DNA of 64,000 bases from Pseudobdellovibrionaceae bacterium. Its GTDB lineage: Bacteria; Bdellovibrionota; Bdellovibrionia; Bdellovibrionales; Bdellovibrionaceae. Within the stretch, counting starts at the first letter, position 1. The number at the start of each line of letters is the position of its first letter. Positions 8,828 through 16,667 of the stretch are shown piece by piece. The notes beneath the pieces are model-generated. The model saw only the letters and a program-made list of their open reading frames with translations, was not told the origin of the DNA and made no database searches. The position numbers and the translations under genes were made by a program. The stretch lies in NCBI GenBank assembly GCA_039810425.1, contig JBDHWW010000001.1:96001-160000 (forward strand), in the 5' to 3' direction.

Positions 8828-10327
8828 CTAAAAGCTTATATCATATCCGAAGAGATATTCTAAGTAACCTGGCAATTTTTCTTTTATCCCTAATATAGTT
8901 TCGGAAGAATCCGCCTGATTCTGAATGCTTGTCGCCCGTTGTCTCCCACTTTGAGACAAATATCTATTGCTAAAATAGACACCCTTTGCTGAGTCGATAT
9001 AGTTCTTGCTTAAAAAGTTGCTGAGCTCTGGTTCTAAAAAACGGGCCTTTTTAAGGTAAAAGAAAATATCCGGACGGCTTTTCATAAAAGATTCAAGGGC
9101 TAACCTGTTTGCTGCAGGTTGGTTGGGACCCACAAAATTGGCATGTGTGCAGTATGTTGGCAGCAGACAGGTAAAATCCTCGAACGAGGTTACATCTGAT
9201 CGTTGCAATAGTTCGAACACGCCACTCAATGTTTCCAATTGCATCCTATTGTTGTTTTCGGACTCATTCAACCTCACCCAAAACACTCCGCTACCCAAGC
9301 ATACGATGACTGAGCATAACAGAGTCGCATTGGCAAAACGTTTCATCTTTAGCTTGTCCAAATCATAAAATAATAGCGCCGCATGCATGGAAAAGTAAGG
9401 TAAAAATGAAGCGATAAAGAATTGAGTTTTTTCGGTAAAAATCAGCATCGTGAGGAAACTTACGAAGGCCAATCGGGTTAGATCAGAGATTGTATCTGGC
9501 AGGCCCCCCAGGGCCCCCTCTTTTCTAATAACAGCAAAACAAGTGTAGAACCGTCCTAAAACTAAAATCCAGAATAGTGGGTTTCGTGTAAATTGATTTA
9601 TGATATGGAAAAAGCTGTCTACGCTCCAATACTGGGGGCCCCCTCCATCCCCCGAGAGGGTGTGCAAAAAATAAACCCCATTGTCTGTCAAAAGCATAAA
9701 TACCAAGAACACAATAAAAATCAGGGGGACTACTTTCCGAAATGAGCCGCTGTAAAGGTCTTTGGACCTTGAAAAGATCAGTACAATTGAATGCAAAATT
9801 GCCTTGGGGGTGGCTAATAAGGGAACAAAAACCAGGAATTTGTAATATGTTTTTTTGAAAGGCATTTGGGATAAGATTGCGAGACTGAGGGAGGTGGCCA
9901 TGAGATCGGAACGTATGCGAAAGCCCTGGTTCATGAAACCTGTATTGGCAAAAAGGAGTAGCACGGAAACTGCGCCATAAAAATAAGAGCCTGTACGGCG
10001 GCTCACAATTTTAACCATGAAAAAGACGATCACTAAACTATTTAAAATGAAAAGACTGCGGGCCCACAAAACTGACGAGGTTGGGGACGTATAATGAAGT
10101 TGTGTGAGCCAGATAAAAAAGTAATAGAGGGGGCGGGTAAAAACCCAGTTACTTTTTAAGTTCTCGATCAAGTGATAACCCACGCTGATAGACCAGAATT
10201 CGGAATCAGCAATGAAGGTTTGAGAGCTTAGAAACACAAACAAGCCTATGAGAACCATGCACCCAAATAAAATCGAGATGCTTAAAATTTTTCGGATTTG
10301 CACGACATTAACCATTCGAAAGTCCAC
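8828..10327 (-). CDS. Polytopic membrane protein, GT-C-like (ArnT/PMT-type) glycosyltransferase candidate
   Basis: Acidic DSE motif after TM1, RPLYY loop, RIRSD motif, about 10-12 TM segments and a soluble C-terminal domain. Confidence 0.6.
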   Translation of the reverse strand: MDFRMVNVVQIRKILSISILFGCMVLIGLFVFLSSQTFIADSEFWSISVGYHLIENLKSNWVFTRPLYYFFIWLTQLHYTSPTSSVLWARSLFILNSLVIVFFMVKIVSRRTGSYFYGAVSVLLLFANTGFMNQGFRIRSDLMATSLSLAILSQMPFKKTYYKFLVFVPLLATPKAILHSIVLIFSRSKDLYSGSFRKVVPLIFIVFLVFMLLTDNGVYFLHTLSGDGGGPQYWSVDSFFHIINQFTRNPLFWILVLGRFYTCFAVIRKEGALGGLPDTISDLTRLAFVSFLTMLIFTEKTQFFIASFLPYFSMHAALLFYDLDKLKMKRFANATLLCSVIVCLGSGVFWVRLNESENNNRMQLETLSGVFELLQRSDVTSFEDFTCLLPTYCTHANFVGPNQPAANRLALESFMKSRPDIFFYLKKARFLEPELSNFLSKNYIDSAKGVYFSNRYLSQSGRQRATSIQNQADSSETILGIKEKLPGYLEYLFGYDISF

Positions 10328-11259
10328 TTGATCCCAGTGTGCAATGAAACCTCTGGGCGCCAGGGAGATAACTCGTTTCGAGCAACAGAGAGGTCTGGCT
10401 TGCGCCGAGAAGGTTCATCTATGATGGCATCAATAAAATTAAGGGGCAAATCAGCGGAGCCAACATTCTTTTGAATTAAGCGTGCAACCTCTAGAACCGT
10501 ATATTCTTCGCCTCCCCCGAGATTCATTGGGATCATCAGGTTTCGATCCGCGTAAAGGTAAATGCCTTTGATAAGATCGCTCACATAACAAAATGTTCTA
10601 GTTTGCAATCCGTTTCCGTTAATAGTCAGCGGCCTATTGTTTATTGCCTGAAGTAAAAACTGTACGATGACTCTCCCATCATTTTGGCTCATGCGAGGAC
10701 CATAAGTGTTAAATATACGTAAGACGCCGTGACGAGTAGATTCTTTTCTATTTCTGGCAAAAATCAGCGCCTCACCAAATCTTTTCGCTTCACTGTAACA
10801 TGCCCGGGCGCTGTAGGCCTGGACGTTTCCAGAGTAGGACTCCATTTGCGGGTGTATGGTGGGCTCACCATACACTTCGCTCGTCGAAGAAAAAATCAAC
10901 TTCGCATTGAATTTATTTGCAAAAGAAATGGCATTGTCGAGCCCCACGCTGTTGGCCCACATTGTTTCCATGGAAAGTGTTTGATAGTGAATTGGCGATG
11001 CTGGCGATGCGAAGTGAAAAACATACCGTAAATTGGCCAACCAGGCTTTAGGAATGGAAGCTCCCCAATTCCAGGGAGCGACGATGTCTTGTTCAATAAA
11101 AATAAGCGTGTCCCCAAAACTTTCCAGATGCTCTCTATTTTCCTTTTGCCCTGTGCAAAGATTATCGACCGCGATAACATTAAACCCTTGCATTATAAGA
11201 TACTCAGATAAGTGCGAGCCTAGAAAGCCAGCCGCGCCGGTCACAAGTGCCGTCTTCAC
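10282..11259 (-). CDS. uxs: UDP-glucuronate decarboxylase (UDP-xylose synthase)-like SDR
   Basis: GAAGFLGSHL, ASPASP-HY, STSEVYG, CYSEAKRFGE, RIFNTYGPRM and TRTFCYVSDL. Confidence 0.85.
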   Translation of the reverse strand: MKTALVTGAAGFLGSHLSEYLIMQGFNVIAVDNLCTGQKENREHLESFGDTLIFIEQDIVAPWNWGASIPKAWLANLRYVFHFASPASPIHYQTLSMETMWANSVGLDNAISFANKFNAKLIFSSTSEVYGEPTIHPQMESYSGNVQAYSARACYSEAKRFGEALIFARNRKESTRHGVLRIFNTYGPRMSQNDGRVIVQFLLQAINNRPLTINGNGLQTRTFCYVSDLIKGIYLYADRNLMIPMNLGGGEEYTVLEVARLIQKNVGSADLPLNFIDAIIDEPSRRKPDLSVARNELSPWRPEVSLHTGIKWTFEWLMSCKSEKF

Positions 11260-11867
11260 ACCACCGCTCCACAGTTGACGTTCTGATGTTTTACTCCGAT
11301 GACCATAAAGCGTTTAAATCTTAAATTTGGGTAAGAAAAAATTTTTTCCTCCGCTTGAAATAGAGGATGGCCCCCCAACTTTTCCTGAAGTTGAGGTAGG
11401 GACTCTTCAAGATTTATGTGGGTGGGATGAGGCATGTCGGTTGTTTGCAAAGCAAACGCCAGCCCCGGTGGAATATGATGCCACCAATTGTAGTTGATCA
11501 TGTGCTCGCAGGAGGTGTTAATGATGATGTCGGGTTTTGCGTCTATATAGTGCCGACTCGATGGAGAAATATCCAGACAATCCTGCTCGTAAATCCGGAT
11601 TTCCACATTTTGAAATTTCCAATGATCTAGGATTTTTTCGGCGATCCTATTCGCCTTTCGGTCTAGATCAAAACAGCAAATTTTTTTGATATTCAAGCGC
11701 TCGCGGCTAAGAAGCAAAAAAGCAAGCGAACCGTACCACGAACCGTAAATCCATATAGTTAAGCCAAACTCCTGTTTATCCGCCAAAAAGTTTTCAACAG
11801 CCCGACAGAGCCAAAGTTTAGATCCGATCTGACCATCTGACCAGGCATCCATATTCATACTTTTCAT
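11256..11867 (-). CDS. Class I SAM-dependent methyltransferase-like protein
   Basis: IYGSWYG motif I, acidic FDLD and DIIINTSCEHM; stop overlaps the uxs GTG start; own start uncertain (ORF extends to 11903). Confidence 0.7.
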   Translation of the reverse strand: MKSMNMDAWSDGQIGSKLWLCRAVENFLADKQEFGLTIWIYGSWYGSLAFLLLSRERLNIKKICCFDLDRKANRIAEKILDHWKFQNVEIRIYEQDCLDISPSSRHYIDAKPDIIINTSCEHMINYNWWHHIPPGLAFALQTTDMPHPTHINLEESLPQLQEKLGGHPLFQAEEKIFSYPNLRFKRFMVIGVKHQNVNCGAVV

Positions 11868-12077
11868 TTTCTTATTTTGAAAATTCCCAAACATTTTGGC
11901 CACATCCTGAGCGACAACTGCCCGAGAAGGCAGGGTCCTTTAATGATCCTGGAAGTCGTGGGGATTTGCAATTCAAAATATACCCTTCCTGGGTGCGCAA
12001 ACCCAAGATATGAACCCGCTTTTGGCGGCGAGAGTTTAGGGTGGCTTTCTGAAAAGAAATCAGGCATACACAATTCT

Positions 12078-12770
12078 ATGACTTCTCCAACGCCAGCTCT
12101 GTCCATTGTAATTCCCTGCCGAAATGAGGCCGAATCCATTCCATTGGTTATTCCGAAGCTCATTGAGGAAGTAAAAAATAGGAATTTTGAAATTATCGTT
12201 GTTGATGACAACTCCACCGATAATTCTTTTGAACTGCTGAGGAGCTATCCGGAGATCGTCGTTGTTCGAAATCCCCGGCAACTTGGTTATGGTGGCGCGC
12301 TAAAGAGTGGTTTTAGTTCCTCCAGAGGGAGCCATATAGCCTTTTTTGACTTAGATCGGACCTATAACTCCGCCGACTTAGACAAGCTGTATAGTGAAGT
12401 GGTAGATAAAAAACTTGCAATGGTATTTGGAAATAGGATGGCAAAGAAAAACAAAATGCCAAAGACCCGGTATGTGGGTAATTGGCTTTTTGCGGCCCTG
12501 TTACAACTGCTTTATTGGAAAAGTATTCAAGATGTGTGCACGGGATTCCGGGTGTTTCAGCGCGGGTTCGTGCCTACGGTTTTAGAAATTGATGAGAATG
12601 GCCTGGATTTTTCCATTGCAATGACAGTAGTTGTTTTAAATCGAAAGCTGCCATTTGCACAAGTCGATATTCAATACGATGAGCGTATCGGCGAATCGAA
12701 ATTGTCGATTTTCTTTGATGGATTTCGCTTTCTCAGAAGTATTTTTTATCATTCCTTCAGAGATATTTAG
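12078..12770 (+). CDS. DPM1/GtrB-like GT2 (polyprenol-phosphate sugar synthase)
   Basis: SIVIPCRNE, VDDNSTD, GYGGALKSG, FFDLD, MVFGNR, DVCTGFR and ERIGESKL are typical of the DPM1-like subfamily. Confidence 0.85.
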   Translation: MTSPTPALSIVIPCRNEAESIPLVIPKLIEEVKNRNFEIIVVDDNSTDNSFELLRSYPEIVVVRNPRQLGYGGALKSGFSSSRGSHIAFFDLDRTYNSADLDKLYSEVVDKKLAMVFGNRMAKKNKMPKTRYVGNWLFAALLQLLYWKSIQDVCTGFRVFQRGFVPTVLEIDENGLDFSIAMTVVVLNRKLPFAQVDIQYDERIGESKLSIFFDGFRFLRSIFYHSFRDI

Positions 12771-13666
12771 TGCAGCTCACCATTGTCATTCCTTCAGTAG
12801 AACTGTCGGCTAAGCAAGAGGATCTTCTGGAATCTTGCCTTTCGCAAACGATGCCTAAAACGGACTACGAGATCATTGTCGTCTATTCATCTTTAAATTG
12901 CCGAAAACAGATTCGAAAATATGACAACGAGCCTATTCAATTTGTTTTCTTAGAGGAAAAAAATGTCAGCAAAGCACGTAACCTGGGGGTCCAGCTATCC
13001 AAAGGAACCCGAGTGCTTTTTCTTGACGATGACGTAGTTTTGCCTTCCAAAGAGTATTTAGCGAGTCTTTGTGCTACCGTAAAACAGCTGCCCGTCCAGA
13101 GCATTGTGGGTGGTGGCTATGAGACGGCATGGGGTTCATCCTTGGTCTTAGATGCGAGCAATTCTATTGCGAACCTTTGGATTATTTCGGGACTGAGTCC
13201 TTTGGAAGGCGCCAAAAATATTTCGCGGGCGAAATTTCTTGTTGGGGGAGCGCTGACTGCTGATAAAAATACTCTTAGTGAAATTCCTTTTCCAGAGGAA
13301 GTTTCGTGGGGTGGTGAAGATACTATTTTTTTACAGCGAGCGATCTCAAAGAATATGTGTGCCTTCTACTGCAGTAGCCTGAATGTCATTCATAACGGCA
13401 ATTCATCTATAAAGAAATTTGTAGTCCGCTCCTGGCTGAGTGGAAAAACCGTTTCGCGATTCCAGGTGCCCTCAATTCCCTTTGGCAAGAAGCTGGGTCT
13501 TCTTTTGGATCATAGAACTAGCCGTCTATTTTTTCAGCTGCCATTGGTGTGGCTACACTTTGTCGTTTTAACGCTTTCAGAATTATTCTACCGATTCCCA
13601 AGGTATAACCATAGAGATAGGAAGCCACGGTCCCATTCAAAAATACGATCCATGGAAAAAAATTAA
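12770..13666 (+). CDS. GT2 glycosyltransferase
   Basis: TIVIP, ARNLG, FLDDD and WGGED motifs; GTG start overlaps the upstream TAG. Confidence 0.8.
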   Translation: MQLTIVIPSVELSAKQEDLLESCLSQTMPKTDYEIIVVYSSLNCRKQIRKYDNEPIQFVFLEEKNVSKARNLGVQLSKGTRVLFLDDDVVLPSKEYLASLCATVKQLPVQSIVGGGYETAWGSSLVLDASNSIANLWIISGLSPLEGAKNISRAKFLVGGALTADKNTLSEIPFPEEVSWGGEDTIFLQRAISKNMCAFYCSSLNVIHNGNSSIKKFVVRSWLSGKTVSRFQVPSIPFGKKLGLLLDHRTSRLFFQLPLVWLHFVVLTLSELFYRFPRYNHRDRKPRSHSKIRSMEKN

Positions 13667-14606
13667 ACCATTGGGGGCTTAAACTCCAGGTACTGATCGG
13701 CACGAGCATGGCTAAGGCCAGCAGTACCAAAGTTGAGGCTTTAGGATAGATCAGAATCATGCTCCCTAGCATGAAGACCGCCAGTAAAGGGAGCCAGCGG
13801 ACGATGCCGACATGCCGAGGATGCATTAAAATAATGTGGGGTTGTGCAGACCCGTACTTTGACACCTTCTTAAACCAAACTATAAAATTGGTTTTATCGT
13901 AGTGTTCAACCTCGATATTTGGCGCCATGTAAATATCAAATCCATGGATTCTGAGGCGCATGTTCATTTCTAAATCTTCTCCGGCCCTGCTAAAATCTTC
14001 ATTGAAGCCTCCGACGGCCTTTAAAGATGATGTTTTGTAGAGAATGTTGCAAGTGGGCATATGCGACACTTTTTTCAGATGAGATGCCGGCAGAAGTTGG
14101 GTGGAACCTAAATAAAGCAGGGGGTTTCGTTTAAGTAGGCGGCAGCAAGTATAGAATACGTTATCACTGATATGCGGAGGGATGTTCTCACCCCCCACGG
14201 CCGCGAACGCAGCGCTGTCCAGTTGCTCAAACAAATTCAAATAATTTAAAAGCCAATCTGCCCCTTGCGGGCAGCAATCCGCATCAAGAAAGATCAGTGC
14301 ATCGTAAGACGCCGCTAGTAGTGCCTTGTTTCTGGCGCGCCCCATGTTGTTAACATCGGTCGAAATTATTTGATATTGTAGGTTGTTGGTTTGGCAAAAC
14401 TCCTCAATATAAAATGTGCAATTTAGATCTGAGCAATTATTGATAAAGAGAAACTCAACTGGGATCTCTGAAGTGAGGCGAAATTTTAAAAGCGAAGGCA
14501 CGACGGCGCTGAGGCAGCGAATAATATTGGCGCCTTCATTGTGGAAAACGATACTGATGGAAACACCTTTTGTTACAGGAGGATCTAGCAGCTTCAATTT
14601 TTCCAT
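13518..14606 (-). CDS. GT2 glycosyltransferase with C-terminal membrane helices
   Basis: ARNKAL, FLDADC and VGGFNEDFSRAGEDLE motifs; three C-terminal hydrophobic segments; ATG 14606. Confidence 0.85.
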   Translation of the reverse strand: MEKLKLLDPPVTKGVSISIVFHNEGANIIRCLSAVVPSLLKFRLTSEIPVEFLFINNCSDLNCTFYIEEFCQTNNLQYQIISTDVNNMGRARNKALLAASYDALIFLDADCCPQGADWLLNYLNLFEQLDSAAFAAVGGENIPPHISDNVFYTCCRLLKRNPLLYLGSTQLLPASHLKKVSHMPTCNILYKTSSLKAVGGFNEDFSRAGEDLEMNMRLRIHGFDIYMAPNIEVEHYDKTNFIVWFKKVSKYGSAQPHIILMHPRHVGIVRWLPLLAVFMLGSMILIYPKASTLVLLALAMLVPISTWSLSPQWFNFFPWIVFLNGTVASYLYGYTLGIGRIILKALKRQSVATPMAAEKIDG

Positions 14607-14616
14607 GCCGTAGTCG

Positions 14617-15771
14617 CTAGAGTTGTGTAGGGGCTTCGGCGTCCGCGAAGCTCGTTTCCATTGGAGTACTGACGTCAAAGCCAAGGGCGCTCATCACGAG
14701 GCTTGCTTGAGAAAGAGCGCCTATAAGATTCTTCTGCGCATTTACGGGGCCGGAGGCCACCCAAAAGTTGTTCAGACCGGGAAGTGATTGATTGCCATTG
14801 AGCTTTAGTTCGCCATTACCCGCGATTTGCGGAGCCACGACGATCCGCTCAAGCTTAAGGGACTCGAGGGCTTCCGGATAAGCACGTTTAATTTGGCGTT
14901 TGATTTTTTTCAAAGCAGCACCGACCACTTCACTGTCTTCCGTCACTTCGTCTTCAATAAAGGTCATCCATTGGGACGCTTGCAAATTTTGCTCGCCTTC
15001 CGTCACCGCCGCAGAGAAACGGCCCACGCAAGGCCCGATTTCATCTTCAGTTGTACCATTGAGAACGTGCATAGACGTCACCTCAGTGACCGCGCGCGCG
15101 TGGCAGATATCAAGGCATAAAGCGGTCCAGTAAGTATTCTTACTGAGTCTTTGGCGGGAGCGCATAGAGAGGGCATCTTCGGGCAACAAGATTGCGAGTT
15201 CCTTTACTGAGCCGCAAAAGATAAAATTATGCGCGCTCAGAGTTTTTGCGCCGTTGATGGTGATTTGTGTCGCGGTTTCGCCGACAGCATGCACTTTAGT
15301 CACATAAGATCTTGGTATAAAATCGCCTTTGAATTTTTCAAACAGCAATTGCGTCCAAGCATAAGGTTCCAATTTCAACCCAAGGCTTTTGTTGGCTGTG
15401 AAGTAGTTCAACTCCTCGTAGAAGGGCGGCGGGTTTTCACCAAAACCAACAAAAGGTTTGAACGTACCTGAGGCGTAGGTAAGCGGCGGCAGCTCTTGGC
15501 TTTCGCCAGCAATTTTCAGTCCCAGAATATTTCCAAGAAAGTCGATCGCATGGCGCGCACTTTCGGTGTCAGGAACAAAACGAAGACCGTTGTTGGTAAC
15601 ACCAGTTGGAAATTTAATTGCACGGTTCATTCCACCCGCAACGTCGCCGCTTTCAAGCAAAGCGATGTTGTCGGTGAAGCGGCTTAGTGCCGCTGCGATA
15701 CTCAAGCCACTGAGCCCACTCCCGATAATTGCATAATCATAAACGTGATTTTGAGATTTTTTCTGAGCCAT
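14617..15771 (-). CDS. FAD/NAD(P)-binding oxidoreductase
   Basis: N-terminal DYAIIGSGLSG dinucleotide-binding motif followed by LLESGDVAGG. Confidence 0.75.
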   Translation of the reverse strand: MAQKKSQNHVYDYAIIGSGLSGLSIAAALSRFTDNIALLESGDVAGGMNRAIKFPTGVTNNGLRFVPDTESARHAIDFLGNILGLKIAGESQELPPLTYASGTFKPFVGFGENPPPFYEELNYFTANKSLGLKLEPYAWTQLLFEKFKGDFIPRSYVTKVHAVGETATQITINGAKTLSAHNFIFCGSVKELAILLPEDALSMRSRQRLSKNTYWTALCLDICHARAVTEVTSMHVLNGTTEDEIGPCVGRFSAAVTEGEQNLQASQWMTFIEDEVTEDSEVVGAALKKIKRQIKRAYPEALESLKLERIVVAPQIAGNGELKLNGNQSLPGLNNFWVASGPVNAQKNLIGALSQASLVMSALGFDVSTPMETSFADAEAPTQL

Positions 15772-15824
15772 CTTTCTACCATCACCGCCGACGACAGGCT
15801 TTGCAAGCGCAAAGATGACAGAAA

Positions 15825-16655
15825 CTACCTAACGCATTTAATCAAAAGGCGCAAAAGGCTGCGGACCGCGGGTTTGGCCCAGGAGTGCTTGTCGAGTAAG
15901 CAAGCGATCCGGGGTGAAACACGATAGTACCATTTAGTGAAGAAACGCCCCCATGTGCGCTTTTTCAAGTGATGATCGCGGAAAAAGCGCAGTTGTTGTA
16001 CCTCCAACGCGTAAGCACTTTCAAATGCAGACGTTGCAACAAAGCAACGTGGGCGGCTTTCAGAGGACATCTTGAGGAATTGCTTAATGACAGCGGGGTT
16101 TTTCGCGGACCTTTGGAAAATCTCTGCTTTACGAATGATGTCTGGATAGATAGGGGTGAAACGAATAAAAATCGACAATTGTTTGGCGGCCGCTGACTGG
16201 CGCTCAGCATACCGCTCACTGGTGTCGTAAATCCTCAATAGGTCCCAGTAAACAGAGGCCACCACGGTCAGTTCTGTGTGGCGGGCGCTTTCTTTGAAAA
16301 GTTCGGGTTTGAGTTCGCCTTTTTTGCAATCAAAGACAATCTCCATGATCTTGATATATTTTTCATAAGCCGCCGCCGCTTCAGAATACATTTTTTGACC
16401 CATGCAAGTACGGGCTTGCTTGATCAATTGCACCCGATTTTTCCAGAGGTTCAGTCGATGTTGTTCTTTCGCGCGCTCTTGCGCCATCAGAACGCCGCCG
16501 CTACTGGCAGCGACAATTCTTTGCATCTCTGTAATGCAACCCACGCAAACCTGCCCCGGCGCGGATTCGCCGGACGCCTGCAGCTTCATTACAATATCAC
16601 CAGGGACTGGATGTAATTCTGTTACTTGGATTCCACAACGGGGGCATTGGATCAT
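15825..16655 (-). CDS. Zn-ribbon + TPR-like + CFI-box-CTERM domain protein
   Basis: CPRC...CVGC at the N-terminus; helical middle; C-terminal CFVATSAF...LRFFRD...GRFFTKWYYRVSP. Confidence 0.75.
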   Translation of the reverse strand: MIQCPRCGIQVTELHPVPGDIVMKLQASGESAPGQVCVGCITEMQRIVAASSGGVLMAQERAKEQHRLNLWKNRVQLIKQARTCMGQKMYSEAAAAYEKYIKIMEIVFDCKKGELKPELFKESARHTELTVVASVYWDLLRIYDTSERYAERQSAAAKQLSIFIRFTPIYPDIIRKAEIFQRSAKNPAVIKQFLKMSSESRPRCFVATSAFESAYALEVQQLRFFRDHHLKKRTWGRFFTKWYYRVSPRIACLLDKHSWAKPAVRSLLRLLIKCVR

Positions 16656-16667
16656 TCTTTAATGCTA

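Larger units (their letters stand above)
1..14606. other. AT-richer accessory island encoding pilin-like proteins and glycan-modification enzymes (left edge may lie outside the window)
   Basis: Many A/T runs and visibly lower GC than the priA-galU region (not counted exactly); only accessory-type genes; sharp switch to core genes after 14617. Confidence 0.65.

Noticed and set aside
11904..12077. Small hairpins (e.g. TGGGT-GCGCAA-ACCCA) in the divergent intergenic region as a possible riboswitch or ops element
   Set aside because: No full match to the c-di-GMP-I riboswitch or ops consensus; the stems are short
1..14620. Island as a prophage, ICE or transposon
   Set aside because: No integrase, transposase, tRNA target, phage structural gene or att-like direct repeat visible in the window
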